64,000 nucleotides of DNA from Amphiscolops sp. MND2022 (taxonomy: Eukaryota): assembly GCA_964187785.1 (NCBI GenBank), contig OZ076409.1, positions 65,908,001 through 65,972,000 of the forward strand, read 5' to 3'. Within the stretch, counting starts at the first letter, position 1; each line of letters starts with the position of its first letter. Shown one piece after another: positions 37,303-49,435 of the stretch. Below the pieces are notes generated by a model. That model was not told the DNA's origin and searched no databases. It saw only the letters and a program-made list of their open reading frames with translations. The position numbers were made by a program, and so were the translations under genes.

Positions 37303-40300
37303 ATATTTTTCGTTTTCAAACGTATATTCAGGTGATAATCAAGATGACACGTAAAAATTCGAAAATAGTGCTTTTTCTTAAAAAATTATAAATCGGATTG
37401 AACATGTGGTTATATTTGGACTTGAACCAAATTCGGCCTAGTTTCTTAGCGACATCTGAAGTTACTCGTTTTATTGCTGTTTCATTATTTTACTATTCCC
37501 CAATGTTTTTGGCTTTGTGAGACATTTTTTGGAAAGCCTACCCATTTCCCTTAAAAATCCCGCTTAAATTTTTTGATAAAGTAGTTGGGAAAAAGCGTTC
37601 TTTGTGTTCAAGAAAACCGTCTTTCGTTAGTAAATGTTTTTTTTTTGCAGTGAGATTTGCCATAGTTTTTCTCGAAGCAACAGTTTGTATAAAACTATAT
37701 TTAGCAAAATTATGTTCCAACTTCATTATGGTTTTCTAAAATTCTCACGTAAATTTTCATGCTTTCCCTGCTGTGTTCGACGTTTATCAAGCTGCTTGGA
37801 AGAAGCATTCTAACTCTGGCGGCAAACTAACGCTTTGAAGCTTTGCCAGTTTCATTGGGAAACAATTCTTTTTTTAAATGTGAACAAGTTGCAATCATTT
37901 TAACCGCCATTTTAATGCAGAATAATTTCAATTACGGAAAAACTGCAAATAAACATCATCTTAAGGCTTCCAATGAGAAGCAAGATCACATCAGATGAGT
38001 ATTTGAAAAAAAAAACAAAGTATGGATACAACGTGATGGTGCATGACGGTAACGAAGGGGAAAATAATTTCATTTTCAATAGCAAAAGTGTAAACTGCAG
38101 TGTAATTCCAGAAGACTTACCGCCGAATGCCCTCTGAATTTTTAGGTTGTATAAAAAGTATTCCTGCATTCGGAATTTCAGCGTGTAGTAAGATCAAACA
38201 ATCTTGACATACTATCCTTTGAGGTCTCGATAACTAGTTGTTAACATGCGTTCAAAGCTCCCTCGATCACATTTTACTTTCGAACTTAACATCTAACTTT
38301 GATTAAAGACAGCAGATTGTTGATATATTCAATTATACATGTTCACAATTAGAAACATATCGAACAAAAAAATAAAACCGTCATTCACCAAATAGTCTCA
38401 ATATGATACAGTATTGTCAACGGATTGTTTTATCCAACTCCAGTTGTAAGCAAGATCACCTCGACAACATGGTGTTGCGAAATGTAATAGACGCCAGCGG
38501 AATATCAGCAACCAGCGGTTCTTCAGCTTTGGCGGGACTGGCAAATTATTGTAATGGAGGAGAAACTCCATCTAAATAGATTGGGGGAAATGGTTGTACT
38601 TATGGTGGCAGAAAACAACAACAGAACAACACTCGAGACAAGAAGAAGCAAACAGTAGATTGATGAACAATCGAAATGAAAGGCAGCGGAGAGCAAAATA
38701 GGTTGTCTGTTTTCGTATCATATTATTGGTTCTGCAAGCAGGAAAAATCTACTGACAGATGATTTTCCATAAACAACGGTAGCGGTATTATCATTGGTTG
38801 AAATGAAATCAAACAGAAGTGTCAAAAAGTATCATGAATCCCTCAGACAGTTCTGGAACTTATTCAGTTGATTCGTAGCCACATTGGAGTTTAGAGGACA
38901 AACAGACAGCCAAATTATAGACTCATCTAATCTGAATATGAACAACAAAACATTTTCGGAGGGACTATGTACAGAGCCGAATGAACAACCAAAACCACTG
39001 CAATTTGATTTCTCGTTTGACGAAGGCATGAGTCAGAAACGAAAATATGAAGGAAATTGCGAAATTAAAACAGAACCAGTGTTAACAAAAGACGGAAACG
39101 CAAAAAACTCATATACTAAAAGTGGAATCGAGTTTGCACAAGTGTGTGTCTGGCAAACATCAGCGTTGCGGCAAGTGTGGAGTGACTGGACAAGTCTCCA
39201 GAATGTGCAAACGACCAAAAACAGAGGTAATGGCAAAGCCGTAAATAGAGGTGAATGAGAAGGGTGAAAATGATTGATCAACAAGCGGACTAATCAGAAG
39301 GCAGCTAGGAATGGGATGAAGACAGCGTGGTTCTTCATGAAGCTGAAGCACCACCATTCGCGTTGAAGGGAACGATTAATAGCAAACCGCTTTCAACAAT
39401 GATTGATTCGGAATGATTCAACATGCATTTGGTCAAAGAATCACACACAGACAGAGAAAAGCCTTGTGCGAAGCCTTCCAAAAGATTGCGCGAGAAACAA
39501 CATGCAAATACGCATTCAAGATAAGTTATTATGAACAAAACACAGATCTTCTGGAATTTCAAAAGATAATTACACATTCTGATGAAAATTCAAAAGTGAC
39601 AACGGTATCGAGAAATGTCACATGAAAACAGTGCTGAAAGCAAACAAGGTGTTGATTGCAGCAGGACTCCGACCAAAAATAGAAAATGCAAAATAACCCA
39701 GGGAGAAACAGAATTACTTGGAAACATCTCAGCAGAGACAATCAAGCCCGTGAAAGAGAAGGCGATAACATTTAAAGAGAATCTAAGGAACAACAAAGAC
39801 TAACTGTCGTTCTTGTAGGGTTAGGGTAGGGCTTTAAGTCAAATGAACCGATTCCTTCGTAACTTGGCAAATCATTGAGACCCGTAGTGAAACGCGATAC
39901 AGTGTGGAGATGGGGAAAAGTACCATGAAGAAGCTTTCCTAATCATCAAAGAGTCGATGAAAGAAATGAGCAACAAAAACAAGCAATGAGCAATTTCAAA
40001 ATATATTTACCCCTCAGAATCATATGCGACGGACGTGAGGACAGACTGGAAGGAATGCTGCAACAAAATCGAGGATGATGTTGTGAAACTACTCACTTTC
40101 CATCAAGGTTTTTAATTGAACTCGAACAAAATTAAAAAACAGAGTTCGAGGAAGTTTCAAGTCATAAAGCACTAAAATTGTGCAGAAGGATAAGCACACT
40201 AACAAGATTCCAATAGAGACTATCCAGATGGGTGAATCGACTTCTCCCATTTCAGTTCGCCCATCAATTTCTACAATGGGGATTTAGATCCAGCTACATC

Positions 40301-40668
40301 TCCCACTGTCCCTCAAAATGTATTAGTAGTGAAAGTAAAGTAAGAGCAGAAAAATTTTGTAGCAACTGGTTTACAGGAAATGAAATAAGCAGAAATTATT
40401 GTTTCAGCGAAAGACTTTCAACAGAACGCACAAAACAAGCCAACTGGAGCGATGTTGGCCGATGAGAACGAGCTGCACAGCAATTGACAGCGGTTTGGCA
40501 GCGAGATATAGGCAAGTGACATCCTTTTAATGAAAAATTAAACAGTCAATTGACGAAACAGCGGCCACTCTCAAGACGTCACAGTCAAGCGATAAAACAC
40601 CAGAATTTATAGAAACAATGAAAAAGTTACGTGAAGTTGCGAACAGACGAGCAATCAAAACATGACCA

Positions 40669-41534
40669 GCTGGTTGAGAAACATGACTCAAACTCTCAAA
40701 AACTTAGATGAAATTTTGATGAAAAGTTGAGGGGGACCAAAATGGAACCCCCCAAATGGGTTTTCTCTACAGCTGATAAGAGCACGAAACTTGGTACACA
40801 TATGCAGGTACATAACACGAACACCACGGCTAAGTTTCAAGGTCATTCACCCATCAGAACCCCCTTTACCCCTCACATATGTGGTATTCAAGTTCATTGA
40901 GCCAAAAATGTAAACATTGCTATTTACCATTATGACCACTTTGGAAAGTAACTCTGTTGCAATTGATGATATTAACATAGTGTAAACATGTGCCCACCTG
41001 ACCAACATGCCAAGACCACCACATAGTTTTTTTACATAGCTAATAACTTTAATATTTCACTTAAATGTTATTTATTTATACCGAATATTTCAACTGATAT
41101 TTGTTCCATTACCTGCATTTACTGTAGAACTGTGAACCAGATTTATACCATTATTATATAGAGGTTTCACGACTGAAAAACTACAGTCAAGTTGGGTCTT
41201 AGGACCAAGAGACTAATTGATAAACTTCTCAATCTTCACAACATTTCGCTAGAGTTAGAGCGACTAAGTAGCTACTCTCATAGTTGGAAAGGTGGAGCGC
41301 GTGAAGATACAGTGAGGGAAGTGTGTGCAGGATCACATCGGATCCAAATCAGTGCGAAGAGGAATCGCAGGAGATTCCACGGGTCACATCGGACCCACCA
41401 GTCAAAAGATACAGTCCTGTAAACAAGAAAACCAGGATTTGTTTAGTAACGGTCCACAGTACTAAGCAACGGATTAGGGCGGCGTAAAGCTTGTCAAGCC
41501 TCAGCACAGGATAAGGGCAAGCAGCCGTTGCACA
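40669..41534 (+). repeat. 5' LTR of BEL/Pao element, lacking the first ~45 bp
   Basis: About 95% identical by eye to 45807-46673. Ends GCCGTTGCACA directly before the TGG of the PBS. Confidence 0.8.
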
Positions 41535-41551
41535 TGGTCCGCCGACCCGGG
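41535..41551 (+). promoter_or_regulatory. Primer-binding site, tRNA-Tyr-like
   Basis: TGGTCCGCCGACCCGG immediately after the LTR. Resembles the TGGTCCTTCGAGCCGG tRNA-Tyr PBS common in BEL/Pao elements. Confidence 0.55.
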
Positions 41552-41719
41552 CAGCTCGTTGGTGGACGACACGGACAGAAGAAGAAGACGAGGACGAAGA
41601 CAACTCGTTGGTGGACGACCCGGACAAGAAGAAGACGAGGACGAAGACGTCTCGTTGGTGAACAACTGAGAACATTGCCCAAGAAGAACGAGTGTCTGGA
41701 TCTTGGAGTCTCTGATTTT

Positions 41720-41985
41720 GTGTCTCTGGGTGTTTGGGCTACTGTGTCTCTGGGAGTTTGGGCTACCATGTATCTGGGCGATTGGGCCACTGTGTGTCTT
41801 GGCGATTGTGCCACTGTGTGTCTTGGCGATTTCGTGCCACTGTGTGTATTGGCGATTGTGCCACCGTGTCTCTGGGCGATTGTGCCATTGTGTATCTGGG
41901 CGATTGTGCTACGGTGTATCTGGCATATCTGCCACTGTGTCTCTTGGCGATTGTGCCACTGTGTCTGGGCGATTGTGCCATAGTG
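41720..41985. repeat. 24-bp minisatellite (~10 units) in the BEL element leader
   Basis: Unit ~CTGGGCGATTGTGCCACTGTGTGT. Antisense translation gives TVAQSPR(H/D/Y) repeats. Preceded by a ~48-bp tandem duplication at ~41555-41660. Confidence 0.9.
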
Positions 41986-42632
41986 ACTCTGGAGTTGGGC
42001 TCTTGCGTCTCTGGGAGTTCGGACTATTGAACTCTGGGTGTTTGGGCTATAGTGACTTTGGATAGGGGACTATTGTGTACTCTGGGAATTGGGATTTAGC
42101 GACACTCTGGAGGTATTTGTGCATCAATTCTAGTTTTGAGACGAATTGTTTTCTTTGGAACGTATTCCTGATTGAAGCAATGATTTGGTCTAAGACGTCA
42201 TTGCAAGTAAATTCACCATATAAAGAAAGTGATCAAGTCAGAGGGACAAGGTCCACCGAGCCAATCAAGTTCGTCAACGAAGGCAGGTAAAATCGACAGA
42301 ATTAGGTTGACTCTTCAAGAATTGGCGATTGATTACTGGATTGAGCAGTTGACACTTTGTATCTGAGAAATTGCACAGTTGGGAAAAGTGAAAAAGTCTA
42401 CAAGAAACCATTGCGAAGTTCGAAAGCCCTCAGTGAAATAAAAGAGTCTTCTGAACAAACGAATGCCAAAAAGATAGAAAGGCACGGGATGCAGTATCCT
42501 CGAATGACAAAAGTGTTTGAAGAAGAAAACACAAAGCAGAGCCAATAACTGATGGAGCTCAAACCAAACGATTTGGAAAATGTGTCAGATTGGTACGCTT
42601 GGAGCTTCTGTTAGAGTACTGTACCCCTACAT

Positions 42633-45600
42633 GTGAAAAAGCTCCATACGTTGGTAAAACACTTGGATGACAAGCTCGTTGAGAAAGAAGCTGTTGTAGC
42701 CAAAAGCAACTTGATTGATTGGGTAATTGAATACTGCGACAGACGACAAGCGTTGCTGTTTAGTGTAGACCTTATCTTGAGTCTTACGAATGAAGAAACG
42801 CAAAGACAGCTCAGTCGAAGTGTGACTGAATGGAAAGAATGCTTTGCGAAATTGGAATCGAGTTGGGGATACTGGTTCCCCGATGCGAAGCAAATGTTAA
42901 AGTGTCCAATTGATGGGACAAATGCGTTGAAACTGAGCCAGATGGCAAATAGAACATCTGCAGACGCAGCTATGAGATGCCCTTGCACAAGAAAAATGAG
43001 GCAAAGACGTGTCCCTCAGGAAAAACAAAATTGTATAAAGAAAACGGATAGTAAAAAGGAATCAAGAAGGAACAATGACCGAGAACCTCGCTGTGACATG
43101 GGAGACAACATATTTGAAGTGGAAAACTCAGTCAACCATGTGACATCACTACTCGAAGAAAACAGTATGGTGTCTGAGAAAACAATCCAGATGGACAACA
43201 GAGCAACAGTTAGCTCAAAGTGGTCTAATGGAGATCGGCTGGTTCCTCTAGCATCAGAGAAAGCGGAGTATCACAAATTGGATGAACTCAAGACCAAAGA
43301 AGCGAGCTGGATCATTACAAATAGAGGAACTTAGCAAAGGTTCAGAACTTGTCGATACCAGAAGGGACAGAAGCTCAGTGATTTCGAAAACTTCATGTGC
43401 TAGACGAGTTCATTATTTGAAAGTAAAAGATCTAAACGAGCAAGAAGAAATGCAAGGCCGACGGAGATGTGAAGTTAAACAAAGTTGTGAAAGACTTGAA
43501 AAAGTTGCTTTTCAAGAAGCGTTTGACCGCAAACTAGAATAGCTGAAATAGAAAGACAATTAGCGAAATTATTGAATAGTTGTGGGTCTAGCTTGCGAAG
43601 TATTTCACAGGTCGGGTCACCAGACGACATCTGACGAAAGACTCAGGATGTATGGACATAACAGAAACAGCCGAGAACGGGGCTAAGTCCAATATGGTAG
43701 TATCAGTACATTCGAAATCAGAAAATGCAGGGAAACTAGTTCACGAAGGAAAGTTCTCCATACCTATAAGAGACTCGAAATCTCTCACAAAAGCCGATGC
43801 GCAAGCTGATCGGAACGACAGAACAAACGCTGAAAACAGAGCATACAGACGAGGAGCAACATCACAATCAGATGTGAATGTTGCAAACAAAGGAACCTCG
43901 AAGCTTCTCACAGCGGAATGCATACAGAACTGGTCAGAAACAATCGTTGTAGACGATGGCTGGCAAGACCTCCATTCGGAAACCCTCCTTGTGGATACCA
44001 AACACGTTAGGGAAGAAGAGATTCATTTGGTCATGAGTGAGGATTCAAAAGTGCAAACAGACGAGAACTTGAATTACACTATGACGGAAACAAGGAATGT
44101 GCATAGAAGCTTAACTTTCTCCTTAGGCGAAAAAACTTCGGAAGAATCGAGCGTGCAATTCGAACTGCTGCAAGAGTGTGCAGAAGTTATCACCGTACAA
44201 CAGGACGTACAACAAAGGAAACTATCCAAAATGACGATGTTTTATGACAGTACCCTTCTCTTAGAAGAAGGAAACAAATGTTTCGAATTTGTTAAAAATT
44301 ATGGCTTTGTGCATGAGCAGCAATTCGCACTGCAAGACGGTTGGAATGAAGGAGTCATGTATCAAAAGCAATGCCACGTTGCAATGAAAGATGACAAACC
44401 AGTGAAAGGCAATGCCAAATGTGAAACACCATCCATGAATGCAACCTTTGGAAAGAAAACTGATTTTGACTTCAAAGTAAGCCTTGTTGAAGAAACTATT
44501 CCGAGTAATAGTAATATACGGAACAATTGGATTGGTAATGGAAACTCTGGGATGGACGCCGTGGGACAAGCTAACGGCATTGATAAAACTCAATTGAGCA
44601 ACGGCAGGCAACAGAAGTAAAAAACTTGGAAGATTGAACTTAATCTCGAACCAGATACGTGAGATGGAAGAAGGAACTCACTTGAACGAGAATGGAATAC
44701 AAAATGACACAGCTTGGCTACAAGATTTGAGAGACAGATCGTCAGTGACGACAACGCAAATAACTTCTTTGAAAGTACCAACAACAGCAAGTTGGAGCAA
44801 TGGGTCTTGCAATGGGCCGGCTGCACCGTTCAAAACAATGTGGACTCGATATGGGATTTTCGGAAAATTGGAAGTTTCTCATGAACTATCGGGGCCTCAA
44901 AGAATCCAGATGATAAGAAGTTGGTGTTTTGTGGTGAGAGAAGCTCAGTGACTCTCTACAAACAGAAGCGAAAGCGAAACTCCACAGAATTGCAGTTATT
45001 GGAAGAAAACTTGGATGTACCTATGGAAAACGATGTGTCAGAAAGCAGAGAGCAAAATTTAGTGCAGCAATCAAAATACAAATCCATTCCCGTTGGATGC
45101 TCAGATGACACTGAAAACAAAAGGAAGAACTTCAGACGCCGTAATGCGGAAAATACTCTTTATATACTACTTATGATGATGGATGATTCGACGATGTTTC
45201 AAGAAGAGCAGATTCAAAACAGGATTATGGGACGATTAGAGAACGAATTCTGTTTGACATGCCTCCCCCATGGTCAGTCAATTTTGATGAGGAAATGTGT
45301 TGCAGAGCAAATCTTGGAAAACTGGCTGAAGACATTTTTGACCTAAATGGAAACCTACTCTTTGGATGTTGACGCAATTATGGAAGCTAAGTTGACTGAG
45401 CTGATGCGTTTTGGCATTGTACCTTTCAAAGGTTCAAGAGAAAGCAATGAATGTTGGACATTGTTAATAAAGTTTGTGATAATTGGGAAAACTACGACTT
45501 CAAATGAGAAAACAGTTATTGGAAATATTTTGTTGTTTTATGTGAGCATGTGGAAAACAACCTTATTTTCAGCGAACTGGTTATGGGTCGGAAAATCATT

Positions 45601-45775
45601 TCAGCAGAGAAAGAACACATCACGCAGCTGACAAAGATGACAATGAAACTCGACCTCTCAGAATGACAACGATGAATGGTGGCAAACTCAAAAGAGCAGT
45701 AGTGAAACTGGCACCCATGTTCTATGAAAGTGTTTTTCGGGAAAAAAACAGGGCCGGCAATGTTGGCGCCAGTCA
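42633..45775 (+). pseudogene. Fragmented gag-like coding region plus pol C-terminal tail of the BEL/Pao element
   Basis: Successive plus-strand ORFs of 233, 86, 322, 105, 141 and 94 aa separated by stops and frameshifts. Includes a Cys-knuckle remnant and the BEL C-terminal motif. Confidence 0.6.
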
Positions 45776-46673
45776 TTAGCAGGCAAAGAAACTCGATTTA
45801 AAAGATGCTGGTTGGGAAACATGACTTAAACTCTTGAAAACTTAGATGAAATTTTGATGAAAAAATGAGGGGGTCCAAAATAGAACCCACGAAATGGGGT
45901 TTTCTCTACAACTAATAACCCTAGAAGCACGAAACTGGGTACACATATGCAGGTACATAACACGAACCCCCGGCTAAGATTCAAGGTCATTCACTCATCA
46001 GAACCCCTTTTACCCCTCACATGTGTAGTATTCAAGGTCATTGAGCCAAAAATGTAAACTTTGCTATTTACCATTATGACCACTTTGGATTGTAACTCTG
46101 TTGCAATTGATGATATTTACATAGTGTAAACATGTGCCCACCTGACCAACATGCCAAAACCACCACATAGTTTTTTACATAGCTAATAACTTCAATATTT
46201 CACTTAAATGTTATTTATTTATACCGAATATTTCAACTGAAATTTTTTCCATTACCTCCATTTACTGTAGAACTGTAAACCAGATTTATACCATTATTAT
46301 ATAGAGATTTTCATGACTGAAAAGCTACAGTCAAGTTGGGTCTTAGGACCAAGAGACTAATTGATAAACTTTTCAATCTTCACAACTTTTCGCTAGAGTT
46401 AGAGCGACTAAGTAGCTACTCTCATAGTTGGTAAGGCGGAGCGCGTGAAGATACAGTGAGGGAAGTGTGTGCAGGATCACATCGGATCCAAATCAGTGCG
46501 AAGAGGAATCGCAGGAGATTCCACGGGTCACATCGGACCCACCAGTCAAAAGATACAGTCCTTTAAACAAGAAAACCAGGATTTGTTCAGTAACGGTCCA
46601 CAGTACTAAACAACGAATCAGGGCGGTGTAAAGCTTGTCAAGCCTCAGCGCAGGATAAGGGCAAGAGGCCGTT
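45761..46673 (+). repeat. 3' LTR of BEL/Pao element, lacking the terminal GCACA
   Basis: Starts TGTTGG after the PPT. Homology to the 5' LTR stops at GCCGTT. Confidence 0.8.
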
Positions 46674-49215
46674 AAATTCAGATTGCACTTCGGTTAACCA
46701 AACTGGGGTTCTTGAATTTTTGGGCAATATCACAATCGACTCTCAAAACGAGACCTGTGAACTCTTACAAAAAGTAATCGAGTTACTGAAAAAATCGGAG
46801 AGAACAAAGAACAAATATAATTCTCCTCCCAACACCCTGGAGGGAAAAAATACGCTGCTTAGGCCAGTTAACGGACAAAAAACTCGTTATCATAGGGTGG
46901 TTACCATTCACTCATTCCATTACTGACATATGCTGGCTACAGTCTCATTGTGCGGTAGCCAAGACTTCACAGAGAAGTCATATGATTGCTAAAGCTTGCT
47001 CACCGTGTCAAGAAGCGGGTGGGAGCATTAAACTTGTATCAAGACGAAAACAAACAAGTGAACACTGCAGTGCACAGAAAGTAACCTGACAGAGATAGTT
47101 TTATATTTTGCATGCATGGCTTTTCCAAAATGCGATTATCGCTGGAAGTACTTACTAGATTCAGATCATTTGTATGGGTGGTCAGAAGCAATCTTTTTAA
47201 GGAAACCAACAACGAAAAAGATATAGGATTTCTCAATTTTTTATCTAGCTACACATAGGATACCACAATAATGAGAAAAAAGGATCGTCTAGTATGAACA
47301 ATAAATGAGCGAATGAGAACGAAGAAGCAAATTGTGTTAGAGCGAAATAACTTCGGTTTGTCATAATATCTTTTTGCACTGAGAATGTACTCATCTGCAA
47401 AAGGAAAATCACTGAATGAAAAATGTACAGGCAAGTAACCAAGCACAAGTTAAAAGTTGGTCATTAATCGTAAACGATTCATTTCAGTAACACCAGAGTT
47501 TTCAGTGAACGAGACTGATTTCGAAATCGGACAGGACTCGACTATACTGCTGAGGGAGGGGCCAGAGGAAGTAAACAGTCTACAAGAGAAGAAAGGGGTA
47601 CTACTAGAATAGTCAACAAATCGCCAACACACGTTCCATTAAGATAACACAAAAGCTTAGACTACCTGGTATGAAAAATACATTTTTGTCAAAGGTTTAC
47701 TTCCAATTGGTAGCCTTTGATTTTTGTTGAAATTTTAAATCCAATAAAGGATAATGACTCCCACATTGCAACTTTGTGGTAAATTACGACCGTAATTCCT
47801 ATTTCTTCGAATGATATCATGAAACAAAATGAAAAACAATTTCGAGGTTTTGTGGTGCAAAACTCATTTTGACTCAAATAAAAAGTCAATTTAGATCAGT
47901 GTCAAGCTTCGGTTTGGATTCTAAGTTTTTTCAAGCACTATTAGAGAATTGTTTCCAAATTGAAAAAATTCAAAAAGTATAATTTTTGTTCTTTGGTTCA
48001 CCAAATTATAATCATATTGTTCAAAATGTTGAAATGTTGCGGCATTTGTGTCCGATCACTGCAAAAATCTCTCGAACGCAAAGACTGAAAACCCAAAATT
48101 TTGAATTATCGGTTGTAACTTTCTGCAATTTTTTCGCTGGGATCAATCGAGCCTATCAATTGAATCGTGCAGAATCTAAATATTATGCTTTTTTCAGCTC
48201 AGTTTTAGTTCGTAACTGAAGTTGCAAAATATTCAGGCTAAGTATCTGACAGCTTACCTCTATTTCGATGTTAATTGATTACTCTGCTCTATAGGTGGAT
48301 TTATAAGTAATCCCCGACGGCCAGTTAACCTTTTTGGTGACAATTTGTTCAAGAGAAGCGTAAATTTAATGATGCAATGATTTAAACAAGATTTGACATT
48401 TAGAGAGGTGAACGAAAAAAGATTGAGGTTGAATGAAAAGTACTCTAAAATTTCCCAATAGACCGAATGATTGAATGCTACATTTGGGATTAGCAGTCAA
48501 TTAACACCCAGAAATCAAACACCGGTAAATCAAATCCGGGAATTCGTTTACAGGGAACTCACCCATAAAAACTTGTCTTTTCCAGGGCATATATTACCCT
48601 CGGGAAAGATAACATTTTTAGCCAAGGCGAAAGGGTTCAATTGAGTCACAGATTATATCGCTAAGCTTCAAAACATTAAACAAAGTTCGTTGAGTTGTCA
48701 ATGTTGAGCTCGGGATACTTGAATAAAGGCGCTCTTACCTTGAATAAACGGTAAATCATTGATTTTTGGGGTGCATTTTAGATTTGTCTAAAAATCAGAA
48801 CAATGGTAAGTCGATTTGAACAGAAAAACTAATAACGCTTTTTGGTTCCCTCATTACTATTTCAGGCAATTTTTTCCTCAAACACTAATGGGATGAAACG
48901 GATGAGGCGGCCGATATGAAATCTTTTTGCATGCGAATTAACGTATACTAAAAGAAGTTAAAGGGTTCTCCCTTTAAGTTTTCTAATTTTCACATCCCTT
49001 ACGTAACAAAAAAGTGCAACATATTTCGTTTTTTTTTACTCTGGGCAATTTTAGGGACTGTTTTCAATATATCTCTCCTTTTTATATAGATCCCTTTTTT
49101 TAACATTTTGAGGTGAGAAGAGCCTCTCCCAACCCCAAGGGGCCCTGTGGGTTTTGTTCCCGCACTGTGGGTGTTTTTCAACACTATAATATTCTTGTAA
49201 TCCCAATTTTCACAT

Positions 49216-49435
49216 TGTAGAGCACGTACGAACTCGGACTGTAAAACTAAATAGTCTATGTCTATGCTTTCATCCTATTTGTACTCTATTAGTATTATTA
49301 GTGTTGTCTAAAGATCTGTCTCTGCCACATACGCGTAGAAGAAGCAGCAGCTTAGTGCTACGAAAAGATACGATATAAAACAGTTTATTTGAAACATTGA
49401 ATTCCTTCTTTTACAAGTTGATAAGGAATACAAAA
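49216..49435 (+). repeat. Gypsy 5' LTR, copy 1 (220 bp)
   Basis: CACAT|TGTAG ... GAATACAAAA|TGGCGCAGTC. Equivalent copies at 52617-52836 and 56009-56228. Confidence 0.88.

Larger units (their letters stand above)
40669..46673 (+). mobile_element. Internally deleted BEL/Pao LTR retrotransposon
   Basis: ~860-bp direct repeats (40669-41529 and 45807-46673) and PBS TGGTCCGCCGACCCGG at 41535. Decayed gag-like ORFs include 'RLENEFCLTCLPHGQ'. BEL-type pol C-terminus 'GKLKRAVVKLAPMF...KNRAGNVGA' (~45670-45770) runs into PPT AAAACAGGGCCGGCAA|TGTTGGCG. No PR/RT/RH/IN core recognisable. Confidence 0.8.
38470..47600 (+). mobile_element. Old degenerate Ty3/Gypsy element, split by the BEL/Pao insertion
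   Basis: CA|TGGTG possible PBS at 38470. Protease-like 'KGTINSKPLSTMIDS' (~39365-39410); RNase H-like 'PLRIICDG' (~40010) and 'NRLLPFQF' (40232). After the insertion come an integrase Zn-finger 'IHSFHY...AKACSPCQEAG' (~46905-47020) and a purine tract at 47584-47598. Many stops and frameshifts. Confidence 0.6.

Noticed and set aside
41720..41985. CRISPR-like regular repeats
   Set aside because: Units are directly tandem with no unique spacers, there are no cas genes and the context is eukaryotic.
43652..44620. 322-aa ORF as a host gene
   Set aside because: It lies between the BEL/Pao LTRs among frameshifted ORFs and has no recognisable cellular domain.
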